DNA of 62,399 bases, the filler included, from Collodictyon triciliatum (lineage: Eukaryota): assembly GCA_043381765.1 (NCBI GenBank). It is 3 parts of 3 records of this genome, joined end to end, with 100 filler letters (N's around TTAATTAATTAA, not from the genome) between each part and the next. Parts side by side here need not be neighbours in the genome. Positions count along the whole stretch, not along the records: positions 1 to 28,514 come from JBHJMP010000975.1; positions 28,615 to 57,038 come from JBHJMP010000976.1; 1 more part is not named here. One strand, given 5' to 3'. How positions within the stretch are numbered: the stretch's first letter is position 1; the number at the start of each line of letters is the position of its first letter. Under the pieces are notes generated by a model that saw nothing but the letters and a program-made list of their open reading frames with translations, was not told the DNA's origin and ran no database searches. Shown one piece after another: positions 26,332-40,800 of this stretch. Made by a program: the position numbers and the translations under genes.

Positions 26332-26951
26332 ATGCCGCCTATATCTGATGATGAAGGCGACCCGCACGCACCAGCTGATCGCAGACGTGATAATAAAGGA
26401 GCCTGCTGCTGTCAGGTAGGTTGGGAGTCCTTTCCCTGTTACGCGTTTGAAACATCTACTTATTTACTTTTGTATAGTTTCATCCGCTCATATGAAAAGA
26501 GATCCTTCTCGCAGGGCACCCAAAGTTTTCAATATTATTTAAGAAAAAAGAGTTGAAGATAGCAGCCAAGAAATATCAAAGACTCTGTAGAAAAAAGCGG
26601 AGACGCATGGAACTTACTAGTCATGAAGAATGCCAGGTTTCCAAATGACAGCCCTGCCACGCAACCTAGCATCAGAGACTTCTTGGTGGTTGGGTGAATT
26701 GTTCTCTTGGGTGTGTTGTTTTGTTGGGCTTGCTTGGAGCCAAGAAAGTTGTTCTGTGTGTCCATGCTGCTGGTGGGTTAGTTAGCTTGCGTTGCGGCGG
26801 AAAAAAAAAGTTTGTTTCTGCAACAAGAAAACTCTGTGATGTGAGCGATTCTAGCGGAGATACTGGCACCGCTATTGACTTGAAGGGCTGGGTGCAGTTT
26901 CCCAGCCTCGAGACTATCCAAGACACTAAGGCCAAGGAGACTGACCAATGA
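26332..26951 (+). CDS. Small hypothetical protein (~110 aa), 3 predicted exons
   Basis: Exons 26332-26415, 26563-26693 and 26828-26951 join in frame via GT-AG sites: MPPISDDEGD...GACCCQ|QPRNIKD...DFLVVG|KLCDV...ETDQ*. No family recognised. Confidence 0.5.
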
Positions 26952-27467
26952 GTTTAGAGACTGATTGACTCCACAGTGGGTAGGGGGAAACTTTGGAAAA
27001 ATGAATGCACTGCGAATGAAGACTTGGACAAGGTTCCTTTTTTTTAAAAAAAAAAAAATTAATAATTATTTGGTCGGCAGACGCAGGAAGAAATTAAATA
27101 AATCTGCGCTCGCACGTTGCAAGAGCAGATACGAATCGATTGGGCTCGATCGTGAGAAAAAGAGAAAAAAGAGAAAAACAGAAAAGAGAAAAATAGAAAA
27201 ACAGAAAAACAGAAAAACAGAAAAACAGAAAAACAGAAAAACAGAAAAACAGAAAAACAGAAAAACAGAAAAACAGGAAAGAGAAAAACAGAAAAAGAAA
27301 GAAAAAGAGAAAAACAGAGAAACAGAGAAACAGAAAAACGGAAAAGAGAGAGAAAAAAAGCTGAGGATAATGTTCATGCGCCTGAGATCGTGAAAGGGAG
27401 AAACGCAGGGCAGCCCTTTGATTTTCCCAGAATAGTGCAAAGAAAAAAAGCATGCCTTATTTGACCT

Positions 27468-27677
27468 GTTTATTATTCTTCCTTTCAGTTTGTGCAGCGT
27501 GGTGGGGATTTCAGCTCTGGTTCGCTAGCCATCGTTTGCGTGGACGCTACTTGGTGGCCGTGTGGCAGAGAAGTAGTCGGTAATCAGTGATTGCATCCTG
27601 CGGTTTGGCCTGTAGCCTGGGTCTTGTGCTTGCGTGAGAGAGGCAAGGCGAGGTTGAATCTCTTTCTCAGCTTCTTT
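27468..27677 (-). mobile_element. 3' fragment of LINE family B
   Basis: Closely similar to 10470-10680 and the inverted match of ~27900-28105. Confidence 0.85.
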
Positions 27678-27693
27678 ATCAAATAATAAGATA

Positions 27694-28109
27694 TTGGCAT
27701 TCTGGGCAGTGATGCGAGGCCATTTGCTATGGACTATGTGGATAGCACGCATATACTACACAAAGCAAGATTCAACAACCAGCCACCCATTCCTGATAAT
27801 AAGCTGAATGACATCATTCAAATCTCTTTCCTCAATAGCTTTCTTCGCCACCTGCACGTTCTCTACTACTCAAACCCTGTGAGAAGAGACATGTGGAAAG
27901 GGGCTGAGAAAGAGATTAAACTTCCCCTTGTCTCTCTCATGCAAGCACAAGACCCAGGCTACAGGCCAAACTGCAGGATGCAATTGCTGATTACCGACTA
28001 CTTCCCCGCCACCCGGCCACCAAGTAGCGTTCATGCAAACAATGGCTAGCGAACCAGAGCTGAAATCCCCACCACGCCGCACAAAATTGAAAGGAAGAAT
28101 GAAAAAAAA
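27694..28109 (+). mobile_element. 3' fragment of LINE family B with A-tail
   Basis: FWAVMRGHLLWTMWIAR and SFLNSFLRHLHVLYYSNPVRR. Ends AAAATTGAAAGGAAGAATG-A(n). Confidence 0.85.
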
Positions 28110-28414
28110 CTTTGCTTTCTTGATACACAAGATTAAAGACCCATCACAGCGCGGTAGAAAGGCAGACACATTCGTTTATCTATTTTTGGAAATTAATATA
28201 ATAGATAGAAAACTATATATCAAGCTTTTTATGTTATTAATAATAGTTACAATTATATCAAATTATTGTACAATTTTCTTCCTATATTATTGTACAATAA
28301 GTTTAATCCGAAGATTTGAACTGAGTCGCTAAGATTCCCAACCCAATTCTTCTAGGCGAAAGTGATCCCTTCGGCTTCATTTCCCCTAGCCGAAATTTTT
28401 TAAAGGGAAACCAA

Positions 28415-28702
<288 letters not shown>

Positions 28703-28882
28703 CCTCCACCTCCATTTTCTCCTTTGTGTCGTCTTTTTTTTTTTCCTCTCCCCTTTATCTTTTAACCCCCTAGTTGCCTGTCCATTTCTCGCTGTTTGGT
28801 ATGTGGTCTGAGGCATCGTGTTCTGACTAGAAACTTGCTTGGTATTTCTTCTTCTTTTTGGATGTATCTATGGAACTCTCAG

Positions 28883-31800
28883 AGGCTTGTCTGGGATGGT
28901 GTGCGCAGGTGGAGCGTCTCTTGGCTGAGACCGACCAGGTCCGACAGGAAAGCGAAGATACCGGCCCCAATGCAGAGTTGCAGTATTGGAAGAGTCGCAT
29001 GGCAAAGTTCAATAGCATCATCGACCAGCTCAAGTCCAGAGAATGCAAGATTGTCATAGGTGTTCTGACAGCGGCAAAGTCGCCCATCTTGCAACAATGG
29101 AGGACCCTTAATAATAGAATCACAGACGCTGGAAATGAAGCCAAGGTTTCTTTCTGTCCTATTTTTTTTTTTTTTTATTCGTCGACATCATCGCTCCATT
29201 TTTTTTTTTTTGGTTTGCTGTTGCTACTTGACAACCTCCTTCCTTCATCCATCATAAATTTCTCCTCATCCTTTTCCATTCTGACTATGAGCTTCTGTGT
29301 CTCTGTTCACATTCATTCATTCATGTTGGGTTAGACTGAAATCGTTCAAATACCGAAAAGTAGAGGTATCTCATTAAATTATCATCTCCTCGTAGGACAA
29401 CGTCAAGTATTTGTATACTCTGGAGAAATTCACTGAACCTCTTTACAAGAGCGACCCTGTTCAAATGCTCGATGCTGTCCCGGGACTTATCTCAGCTATT
29501 CAAATGATGCAGAGGTACACTTTTTTTTTTTAAAAAATTCTTAGTATTGTATAGCCTTCCTTATTTCAATCAATCATATACCATGCACGCTTACATACAT
29601 AATATATATAAACAAACGCGGCTTTTATTCTCACTTAATCTCATATACTCTAAATTTGTAGTCCAATAATGTTGTTCTGTGATACATTATCTTTCAATCT
29701 TTCTCTCCAATTTTCGATTTTTTTTTTCGCTGCTTTATCTACATGATTCGCAAGAGTAATAACCAAGTACTACTCCTCCTTTTCTCTCCTTTTTCTCTCT
29801 TTTTTTCTCAGTTGAATATAACCAAAAGGAAGCTAATCACTCTTATTATCCAATTCTCATTCCACAGCATCGCCCGTTACTACAATACATCTGAGCGCTT
29901 GACTGCCCTCTTTGTCAAAATCACCAATCAAATGATCAAGTGCTGCAAGAGCTACGTAATGTCTGGAGGCGAACTATGGAGACAGGAGCACGGATTACTC
30001 GCCCAACGCCTCCAACAATGTATCGACCTGAATGAATGTTATCAAGAACATTACCGCCAAGCTAAGGTCTTCTTATTTCTTTCATTGGATATTTTTTCTT
30101 CGATACAAATGAACACTTTTAGCTTAATCAAAATATGAAGATTGTGACTTATGTTTCTATACAATATATTCTTATAGCCTACTCTATTCCTTTCACATTT
30201 AACTCAAAGTCTTGTAACCCCTTTAACTTTTGAACTATTATTCCCTCATACGTATGCCCAATGTTTCGTACTATATGTATGATCATCATTTATCTATTAA
30301 TTGAGAATGATTCAGAATGAAACCTTACGTGGATACCTACTTTTTCCTTTCCACCTCCCTATCTTTATGGTATGAAGGCCGCCAATCAAGCAAGTCGAGC
30401 CAATCGCCACTTTGATGTCAGCGAGATGTACATCTTTGGAAAATTCGACCTTTTCTGCAAGCGCATCCAGAAGCTCATCGACTTCTTCTCCACCATCGAC
30501 CAATTTTCGAAATTATCTTATGCAACTAAAATTGATGGGATGGAAGGAATCATCAAAAAATTTAACCTGATCTTGCAGACTTTTCAGACGCGCCCCTACG
30601 ATCTCCTTGACCACAGAAATCCAGTTTGCTTATGATTATACTCATTATCTTCACTTCAATCGAATCACTAGTTCCTTTCCTACATTATACAAATAGTGAA
30701 ATCATACAAAAGTCACTCTACTTATATCTAATTTACGTAAAACATATTCTTCCATATCATATTTTGCAGTCCTTTTTAACTATTCTCACCTTAAATATGG
30801 AATTCTCTCAGGATTTCGATAATGACTACGTGAGCTTCTTGAAACAAATCACCGATTTGGAAGAAGAAATTCAACGCTTCATTAATGAATGCTTCTCAAA
30901 GATTACAAGCACGGAAGGTGCCCTTCAGCTTTTGAAGCAATTCCAAAGTGTCCTCCAGAGAGAGAACATGAAGGTGAAAAAATCCAAAAACACCACCAAC
31001 AACAANCCCCCCCCCCCCCCCCCCCCTAAACAATGAACTGAAGAGTAATCGCATTTGATAAAACTATTTTCAAAGAGTTTTATTGCTCATTTGAATTTCG
31101 TATCTCCCTTATTTATCAGATGAAAACGACCACAAGAAATAGCTAAATTCTATTTAATTTTCAGGCTGATTTAGAGCAGAAGTATCTACTCATCTTTACA
31201 AACTACGGACGTGACCTTAAATTGGTCAGCGAAACGTATGAAAAACACAAGGAGAATCCTCCAGTCCCTCGTAACACCACCCCTGTTGCTGGTGCAATTT
31301 GTAGGGATTTTGTTTTTGTTTTGTTAACAGTCCTCCTCCCCTTACAACATCAAATTCATTTTACATAGCAAGTTAATAATTGTTTTAAGCACCTGTTACT
31401 CCCTTCTTTGTACCTCATATGTCACCCATTTATTTCCCCCCAGCATGGTCTAGACAATTACTCAGACGCATTGAAACTCCTATGAAGCTCTTCCGTACTT
31501 TGCCTCAACTGATGGAAACTCCTGTTGGCTATTCTTGTTACTAATTGTGTTTTTGTGTGCTTGTGTTACCCCTGAATTTCCGATTTATGATGATATGTCA
31601 TTCAGATATTAATTTATAATGATTCGAACTTAGTCGGCTTATACATATTTTCGAGTAGGAGGCCAAAAGAATTATCAAGACGTATAACAAGTTAGCATCA
31701 GTACTGATATCATTTGAAACTCTGTGGCATGATGGATGGTGTAAATCATTAGCATCTGTCAAGGTAAGACTCCAATCTTCCTAACCAATCACACTTGGTC

Positions 31801-34800
31801 ATAAAATTATTGCTTCAATACAATGGGATGCATGGCCTAATGGCAAAACAAATAAACAAATAAACAAACAAACAAAATAAGTTCATCACATATTAGGCTA
31901 GCCTCGGCACCACTCTGTTCACGAAGCACCCTGATGGTGGACAATTGTGCGTGAATTTTGATCCCCAGATACTGCAGCTCATGAAGGAAACCAAGATGCT
32001 CTCGAGAATGGATTTACATATACCAGAGAACGCCCTCCTGCTTTCCTCACAAGAGGATAGATTTAAGGTATAAGGCAAGATACCATTGTATTAGGAATTA
32101 CCTAGCGAGCCATTATCTATGGCCGAGCTACCTGGCTTTTATTGGATCACTATGATACATTCTTTTACCTTTCTGATGAGCTTTAATCACAGAAATACTC
32201 TGACAAACTGGCTTTTGCCTTATTGGATTACGAGCGTGTCACATCCAAGATTGGGCAAATCTATAAAAAGTTAATGAAGCCTCATTTGGACCAGTTGAAC
32301 TACACCATCAACCTGGTAATTCTGATGATAAATATACCCAGAACTATCCTTTTCAATCCTTGCAATTTTGTTTCCCCATTTAACATTTTGTTAATTGTGG
32401 TTATTTAATATCACACAGGGACTTACATCAATCACTTGGTCCTCACTGAATATCGACACTTATATTAAATCTATACACGAATGTCTGGATGCGATCAATG
32501 ATATTGTTGACAAGGTTGTACCATTTTCACTATATTTGTCGCAGGCACTCAACCTGGAAAAGACTCTTAAGCATTTGCAATACTAATTATCTGAATTAGC
32601 AATATATATATTATTGTTATCTTTGATGCTTTTCCCAATCAAAACCTTCAAGACTTTTTTTTTCAACCAAGCCGCAGGGTACTGAAAATACTATTCTTGT
32701 CTAGGCCAATGACATTTTGGAGTGCCGCGTGGATACCAATATTCGCTTCATTACAAATACCCAATTACTTGTACTCCCGAAGGACAGCGAGACATGGGGT
32801 CTATCTGAATTCGTTAAGCGAATTGAAAAACATGTTGTTGCACAAGCAGAGCTTCTGGACATCCGCAGCCAGGCTATCGAGCGGGCTGTTGATGAGTTAG
32901 TTACCACCATCTCTAAAGGTTATACCGAGGAACAAATGTCCATAGTGGAGAAGGAGCACGGTTCTTTGCTCTGGCACTTCACGCGCCTCAACCGAGAGGC
33001 TATCTTGTCCTGTGTAAAGGGAGGACTGCATGCCTTGAAAAAACTTTTTCAATCTACTCATGTCCCGCACGGTCTCGGGTTTGCAGCTGTCAACGCAGCC
33101 CTTGATGTTGTCCCGCTGTTTAATGTCTGTATCCAACCCTACACCGATATTGTGAATCGCATTCATTAATAGACCTGTTTGCTCGTGTGCATCTTTCCTT
33201 CTCTTGCCTATCGTGTCATTCTCAACTTCATCCCTCTTATGCCCTTTTCCTGGGAAAAATATGTATATATGAATTTCGCCTTAACCGTCGTGATAGCAAT
33301 CGAACTGAGCGTTCCAAATGTCATCATGAAACCGAACATTACTGAAATCCAACAGTGCTTGAACGAAGCCGCCGTTGGTGTTCTCGCCACACCAAAGTAC
33401 ATCTACCAATGGACAGATGTACGTTTCTCCTCTTACTTTCCCTCAGAGAAAAAGCGTGCGAACACACCCAATAGATGTGGCTCTACTCATGTGATTATGT
33501 CAGACTGATTCGAAGGCCACCCTAATTCCTATACGTCCCATTAAACGGATTTTTCTTTCAATTATGCAGGACCGCTCAAAACCCCACGACCAATTGGAAA
33601 ACTTCTACTCATTCGTATCAAGCAACAAGGAAGTTGTCAAGGTAATCTTTCACCTCTAAAGTTACCATGCTGTAAAATACCTTACTCCCTCGCGAAACAT
33701 GGAGCCCCCTAAAGGAGGCATTCATGTATGAGCATCCAATGGATTCGATTTAATTCAGCTAATGTTAAAAAAAACAAAAAAAACTTGCCACTGAAATGAA
33801 AGGTAATCCTGTTGCTAACCGGCTCGAGTGCACATCTCAAAAAAGATGTCGATGTTTATCTTCAGAGCTTCAAGGTATATGAGGACATCTGGAAGGTTAG
33901 GCTTCTGCGACACCAATGCTTTACGGATTAATCAAATTGCCTGTGACCCTGATATTGTTTCCTTTGTTAATATCATATTACATTGTATGATATATAAACC
34001 TGTTGAGATATCCAACCGCTTGCTATCAACGTTTAGATGGACAGAACCGAGGCCTTTAATAAGTTCACATCTTCGTCACCCACCCTTGAGGACTACAGCC
34101 GTGAAATGAAACGCTATGATGACTTGCGAATTACCATCAACGACATATCTTCTGTTCAGTACATCGGGTGTCTATCAATAGATTGCTCCCCCATCAAACA
34201 AGCCCTGAAAGACCAAGCGATCGACTGGAAGCAGCAGTAAGTTGAAACTCATAATTGTGCGGGATAGACTATTGCCCAGTCAGCCGGGCTATGTGGCATG
34301 AGAAAGAGAGAAAAATCAATTGCGGACACGAAGAAAACATTACTTAATTATATACTGTAACACAGGTTCGGGCGACATTTGAACAAGAAAGTTAAGATTG
34401 ATATGGACAAGATAGTCTCATTCATGGAAGAGACAGACTCTAAACTCCATCGAAAGGTCATTCTCTAAGCCAACAACAAAGCCAACATATTCATGACCAA
34501 TGAGCTCGTTGTTCTTTAAAACAATTGCACCTACGTTAAAGTTAAATTAAACACAGATTTTGGATCTTGATGACGTGAGACAAACCATGGAGGTACTTGA
34601 TAGCCTTCGCGAACTAGAGACCGAAATAGACATTAAATTTGCCCCGATTGAAGAGTCGTATGCACTTCTCGCCAAATATGAGATATCTGTTGCTAAAGAG
34701 GAGCTCGAGCATGTTGACAACTTGCGTGACAACTGGAAGCGCTTGAAGGCGGTTTCTTCTCAAGTTTATGATAATATCAGTAAACTACAGGTACTCTTCA

Positions 34801-37800
34801 AGAGACAAATGAAAAGCAACACAAGAAAATCTTACCCATTTTCCTGTATTGATACATTTAACCCTAAAATAATATGATAATGTCAACACAATCTTAATTT
34901 TTTTTTTGGTTTATGTTCACAGCCTGGTCTGAAGAAGAATTTAGTCAAATCTGTCAAAATCTTCGCAAGCGATGTCATTTCGTTTAAACTTGACTACGAC
35001 AGAAATGGGTAACATTGGATTTTTTTTTATTTATATAAAAAATTGGTCAACATTTATCACTTAATTCCGATTTTGAAGTCTGAGAAAAGGTCGCACAACT
35101 GAAGACATACTTTTTTTTTTTTAAAACTTAAGTCCGATGGTTCCTGGAATCAAGCCAAGAGATGCCTTGAACAGACTGCGTGACTTTGAGAGAGGGTTTG
35201 AAGAGCGCAAGAGAAAATGGCTCACATATTCCGTTGGAGAAGGTCTTTTCGGGCTGCCTGTGACAGATTACCCGGAGCTCACGTCCGTTGAGAAGGAGCT
35301 GAAGCTGCTTTCAAGCTTGTATCCAAAAACAAAAGGAAAAAGGAAAAAGGACAAGACAAAGAAAACAATTAATAACCGTGAAAAAAAATCCTGCTCATGA
35401 GATACCTTTTTTTTTCTCTGCCTCACACCATATTCAGACTTCTCAGTTTTTGCTAGTCGTATTTCTTTGACACCCCTTACAGATACACTCTTTACAATGA
35501 TGTCACAGTCACCATATCGGGATACGCAGAGATTCTCTGGTCTGATCTGAATTTGGACGATATTCAGGTCCAAATCAACGATTTTCAAGGGAAATGCCGT
35601 AAATTGCCCAAGGTAAGCAGATAAAAATAATTTAATTATGGCCATTTTATATTAATTGATATCTGTCTATTGATTGAGATTGGTGTAAGTTTTCCGTAGA
35701 GTAAGCAGTGGATATGGCTCCATAAATATCAAGATAATTCGCTACTCTCTAAATGAACAATTTTTAATGCAGGACATGAAATCATGGGACGCTTACCTGG
35801 AACTGAAGAAGACAATTGACGATTTTGTTGAAACACTACCACTTCTTCGCTTACTGAGCGATAAGTCCATTCGTGCAAGGCATTGGGCTGAAATCATGAA
35901 AATCACAAAGACGTCTTTCAAATTAGACCCTGGTTTGATATTCTTCTTGTATCACAACCAACTCAACCATCCCTTATTAACAGTATCCCGTGGGTCATTA
36001 ATTACACTTACGCGATTGTCCAAGACTAAATCATCCTTTCTCATCCATTCAAACCCCTTCCCTCCCTCCTTCCATTATATACAGAGCTTTTCAAGTTAGG
36101 TAACCTGCTTGATTTGCACCTGAACGCTTTCACCGAGGACGTGGAAGAAATCTGCAACGCAGCCACCAAAGAAGCTGAAATTGAAATTAAGATGAAGATT
36201 GTTGAGGAAGAATGGGTCGAGCGCGCATTCACTTTTGGTGAATTCAAAGAACGGGTAATTCAAAGACATCTATATATGAAACTACTTCAAACCATTACAT
36301 CTCAAAAACTTTAACATGCCCTTCTGTTCTGCCTCCACTGAATCAGTATTATTGCAGGGCAATCTAATCCTGAAAGGAGGGGAAACATCTGAAATTGTGA
36401 CAGCCTTGGAAGATTCTCTTATGTTACTTGGGGCCCAAATGTCTAACCGTTATAATGCTCCCTTCAAAAAAGAAAGTACGGCATGCATTTCTAAAATGAT
36501 CATCTCTCTCCATTTTAACCCGATGACATCGTTTAAAGCATAATACCTTGATTTCTATCTTGAATGAAAAGTTTGCAGCCAGAAACTAAGATTCTTTTGC
36601 GATATTCTTCGTTACTTCAACAGTTCAATCATGGATTCACAAACTGACAACCGCTAGTGAAGTCATCGAAAGATGGCTTCAAGTGCAAGCCTTGTGGATT
36701 TACCTTGAAGCCGTGTTTGCTGGAGGAGGTGAGATATTGACAATAAATGGGCGATTCATCTGAAGCGTTTTTTTTTTTTTAAAAAAAAAAAACAACGAAA
36801 TAAACGCAAACCGTAAGGTATATTTTCGAAAAACTGCACGGTGTTTGATATATAATATAATCAGCAATAATGACTTTTTTAAACAATCAAGATATCGCAC
36901 GCAATCTCCCGAAGGAAGCAAAGAAATTTGCAACAGTCGATAAAGCCTGGGTCAAGATTATGCAAACTGCCATCGAAAATCCCAACGTTATTACATGTTG
37001 CTGCCAAGTGAGCAATATCTTATAATTGTGCCCATTTTTATTGCAACTGAACTATGGCGCAATCTTTAACATTTTGATCACACTCAAAGTTGGCATCACG
37101 ACCACAGCCTGATTATAAATGTATTCATACAGGATGAGAACCTTCATAATCTGTTGAAAGACCTGTTCGAAAGCTTGGAGCAATGCCAAAAATCCCTCAG
37201 TGGATATCTTGAAAAGAAACGTCAAGTTTTTCCTCGCTTCTACTTCGTGTCCGACACAGTGCTCCTTGAAATTCTTGGTAGTTAATCATTCCAAATTTTG
37301 GATACTAGCCTCCATCGCGATATATCTTTGAAAAACAAAAACAAAATACTCATTCCTTTATGGAAATCGAAACAAACAGGCCAAGCTAGTGACTCTCATT
37401 CCATTCAACCTCATTTGAAGAGTGTCTTTGACAACATTGCCCGCGTTGAATTTGATCGACTTGAATACAACAAAATTCTTCGGTTCGAATCTAGTGAATG
37501 TGAGTTATCGCATTACTTTCGCAATCACTGCCATCCGAAGCATAGTGCAAATTACAATAACTAACACGAAGTACTTTGCAGCCGAGAAGGTGTCCCTGTT
37601 CAAGCCTTTGAATTGTGAAGGAACCGTAGAAAACTGGCTAAATGTCCTGGTGGAAAAGATGAAGGAAACTATAAAGGTACAGGGAACAACCACACATAAA
37701 TACCTCCTTTTTTTTTAATGCAAATATATTCAAAGTCAGTTTTTTGTCGACACTAATACTGATACTGAGATTGATATTGTAGAACATTATTCGGGCTGCT

Positions 37801-40800
37801 TCGAGTCAAATGATTTCAATGTCTCTGGAAGAAATTCTATCAAAATTCCCAGCTCAAGTCTCGCTGCTTGGGCTTCAGCTCATGTGGACACAGTCTTGCG
37901 AAGATGCCCTGAACAAGGCCAAGGTATACCTGATACCAGTCACCTTTCTTGGAATAAGTTCTTTTTTCTCTCATGTGAATGGGTGCCCACTTTGGACTAC
38001 ACGCCAATTTTTTTATCATAACTATGCCCTCTTCTTTCCAACACTAGACCGAAAAGGGCATAATGCAGCTAACAAACCGCCGTAATATGGAAATCCAACG
38101 ACACCTCGTCGACATGACCACAAAAGACCTGGATGGACTCACTCGCGTTAAGATTGAAACACTTATCACCATTCAGGTGCACCAACGTGACGTATTTGAC
38201 GACCTAGTACGCAGACAAATCAAGGTTGGCCTATATTCTTTGTCTTCAATTGGATTTTTTTTATTTATCGTATCGATACGATGCAGATATTTTTGTCTGA
38301 ATACATGTCTTATTTATTATTATTATCATTATTATTATTTTAAATTAATTTGTCAACATCAACAAAACATAGTCGGCAGCCGACTTTGAGTGGCAAAAGC
38401 AGAGCAGATTTTACTGGAAAGTTGATATGGACGAATGCATCGTGTCCATCACCGACGTCGATTTCCCTTACTGTTATGAGTATTTAGGATGCACTGACCG
38501 TCTTGTGATTACTCCATTGACAGACCGCTGCTACATCACTTTGGCGCAGGCCGTCGGTCAGTTTGACCCTACGAATTCTAATGACTCTATTTATTACGCT
38601 GCTACCTTAAAAAAAATATCTTGCTCAGATGATACCTATAATTCCTAACATGACCTACTGTAAACATCCACAACATTATGGAGTCTTTCAGGCCATAACC
38701 TGATATATGTCATCAGGAATGTGTCTTGGCGGTGCCCCTGCTGGCCCGGCAGGAACAGGAAAAACAGAAACGGTCAAGGACATGGGCAAAGCATTGGGAA
38801 AATTCGTCGTCGTCTTCAATTGCTCGGATCAAATGGATTACAAAGGGCTGGCCAAGATTTTCAAGGGCGTGGCACACAGTGGCTGCTGGGGAGACTTTGA
38901 TGAATTCAATCGTATTAATCTTGAGGTCAATATTAATGTCTTTTGGTCATCTTGGGCTGCATTTATCTTCACTATCTATTTTTCCTCTATCATGTATCGA
39001 AGCCCTCATAGTATGACTCAAGCAAAGTTCTCTTTTAGGTGCTTTCTGTGGCTGCCCAACAAATTGCAACAATATTTGAAGCCAAGAAAGAGCGCAAGAC
39101 CTCCTTTGTACGTATTATTGTGTTAGCACAGATGGATGATTCCCGTCATTTTTTTCATAAACATCGTTCAATAATGTGCACGAAATCTAATGAACCACAA
39201 TGTAATAAGAACTTCACTGATGGGACTCAAGTCCCACTGGACTCCAACTGCGGTATCTTCATTACCATGAATCCTGGGTATGCTGGTCGCCAAGAACTCC
39301 CGGAGAATATGAAGCTTCAGTTCCGTTCAGTCGCTATGATGGTCCCCGACAGGCAATGCTCTTTTTTTTTTTTTTCCCTAATCCAAGACATGAGAATGAT
39401 GGAAGGCTCTTGCTCACCATACCTATGAACCCATTCACATAAGACAAAAAACTTATTGGGTCATCACTCTAATTGTACATGTGTTTAAACTTAGACAAAT
39501 CATTATGCGTGTGAAACTTGCTGCTGCTGGTTTCCAAGAAAATATGAACCTTTCTCAAAAGTTTGCCATTCTCTACCGTCTGTGCGAGCAGCAGCTTTCA
39601 TCCCAACGTCACTACGGTAATCTTTCCTCCATTGTGCACAATAAACAATTTCTAGATACTTGCCCACTTATCACCCATATTAAAACTTTTGAAAATTACT
39701 TGGCCTAAACCAGATTTTGGTCTGCGCAACATTCTCTCTGTGCTGCGTACGGCTGGTTTTGTCAAGCGCCAGTATCCAAAGGATACCGAAAGCACCATCA
39801 TGATGAGAGTCCTCCGTGACATGAATCTCAGCAAACTTGTCGATGAAGATGAGCCCCTCTTTATGTCTCTCCTCAACGACCTCTTCCCTAACCTACAAGT
39901 TACTAAGCCCAAGTATGCCGAATTGGAGAAAGCCATCGAACATCAGGTGATGTACCACCCACTCCCCCTACATCTCTTGGACATCCAACCACTGCAAATA
40001 TTTTAAATATCAGGAATATAATCATCTTCTTTCTCATCTGTAGACTTTTTTTTTTTAAAAAAAAAAGAAATAACATTTTAACATCATCTTACCCCATTCA
40101 GGTCGACATGGCTGGTCTCATCAATCATCCAGACTGGAACCTGAAGATCATTCAGCTTTACGAATCCTCACTGGTGCGCCATGGTGTGATGGTCCTCGGT
40201 GCAAGCGGGGCTGGTACGTTCTTAATCCTCATAAAAAGTATGCAAGGGCGATTATCGGGAGAGTGGTTTAGCTTATCGCGATCCTAAGCCACGCAATATC
40301 TACAGGGAAAACAAAATGTATCAAGACTTTGATGGGATCGCTGACTGAGATGGGCATCATCCACAAGGAGGTTCGAATGAACCCAAAGGTAACGCCGCAT
40401 TCACCCTCGTTGAGTTTTTCCAATCTATAATGAAATGAAATGCCTGTGACTCCATCTGCCTTTGCATAATGTAGCATGTGTGTGTGTGTCAAGTACAATA
40501 TGTAATTATTCATGAAACACGAAATAGGCCATTACATCGCCACAAATGTTTGGAAAACTGGACCCTTCTACGAACGACTGGACAGATGGAATCTTCTCTG
40601 CACTTTGGAGAAAGGTACTGCTATAAAATAGGGATGAAAAAGTTTGTTGACCTGTTTCTCACACGCGCGCATCTCTACTTTACAGGCTTGCCGCAAGCGT
40701 GCCGATAACCAGTGGGTCTGGATTATCCTGGATGGTCCTGTCGACGCCATCTGGATTGAAAACTTGAACACAGTCCTGGATGACAATAAGACACTCACCC

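Noticed and set aside
27170-27360. Tandem (CAGAAAAA)n repeat as a possible CRISPR-like array
   Set aside because: It is a simple repeat without unique spacers; no repeat-spacer array was seen in the window.
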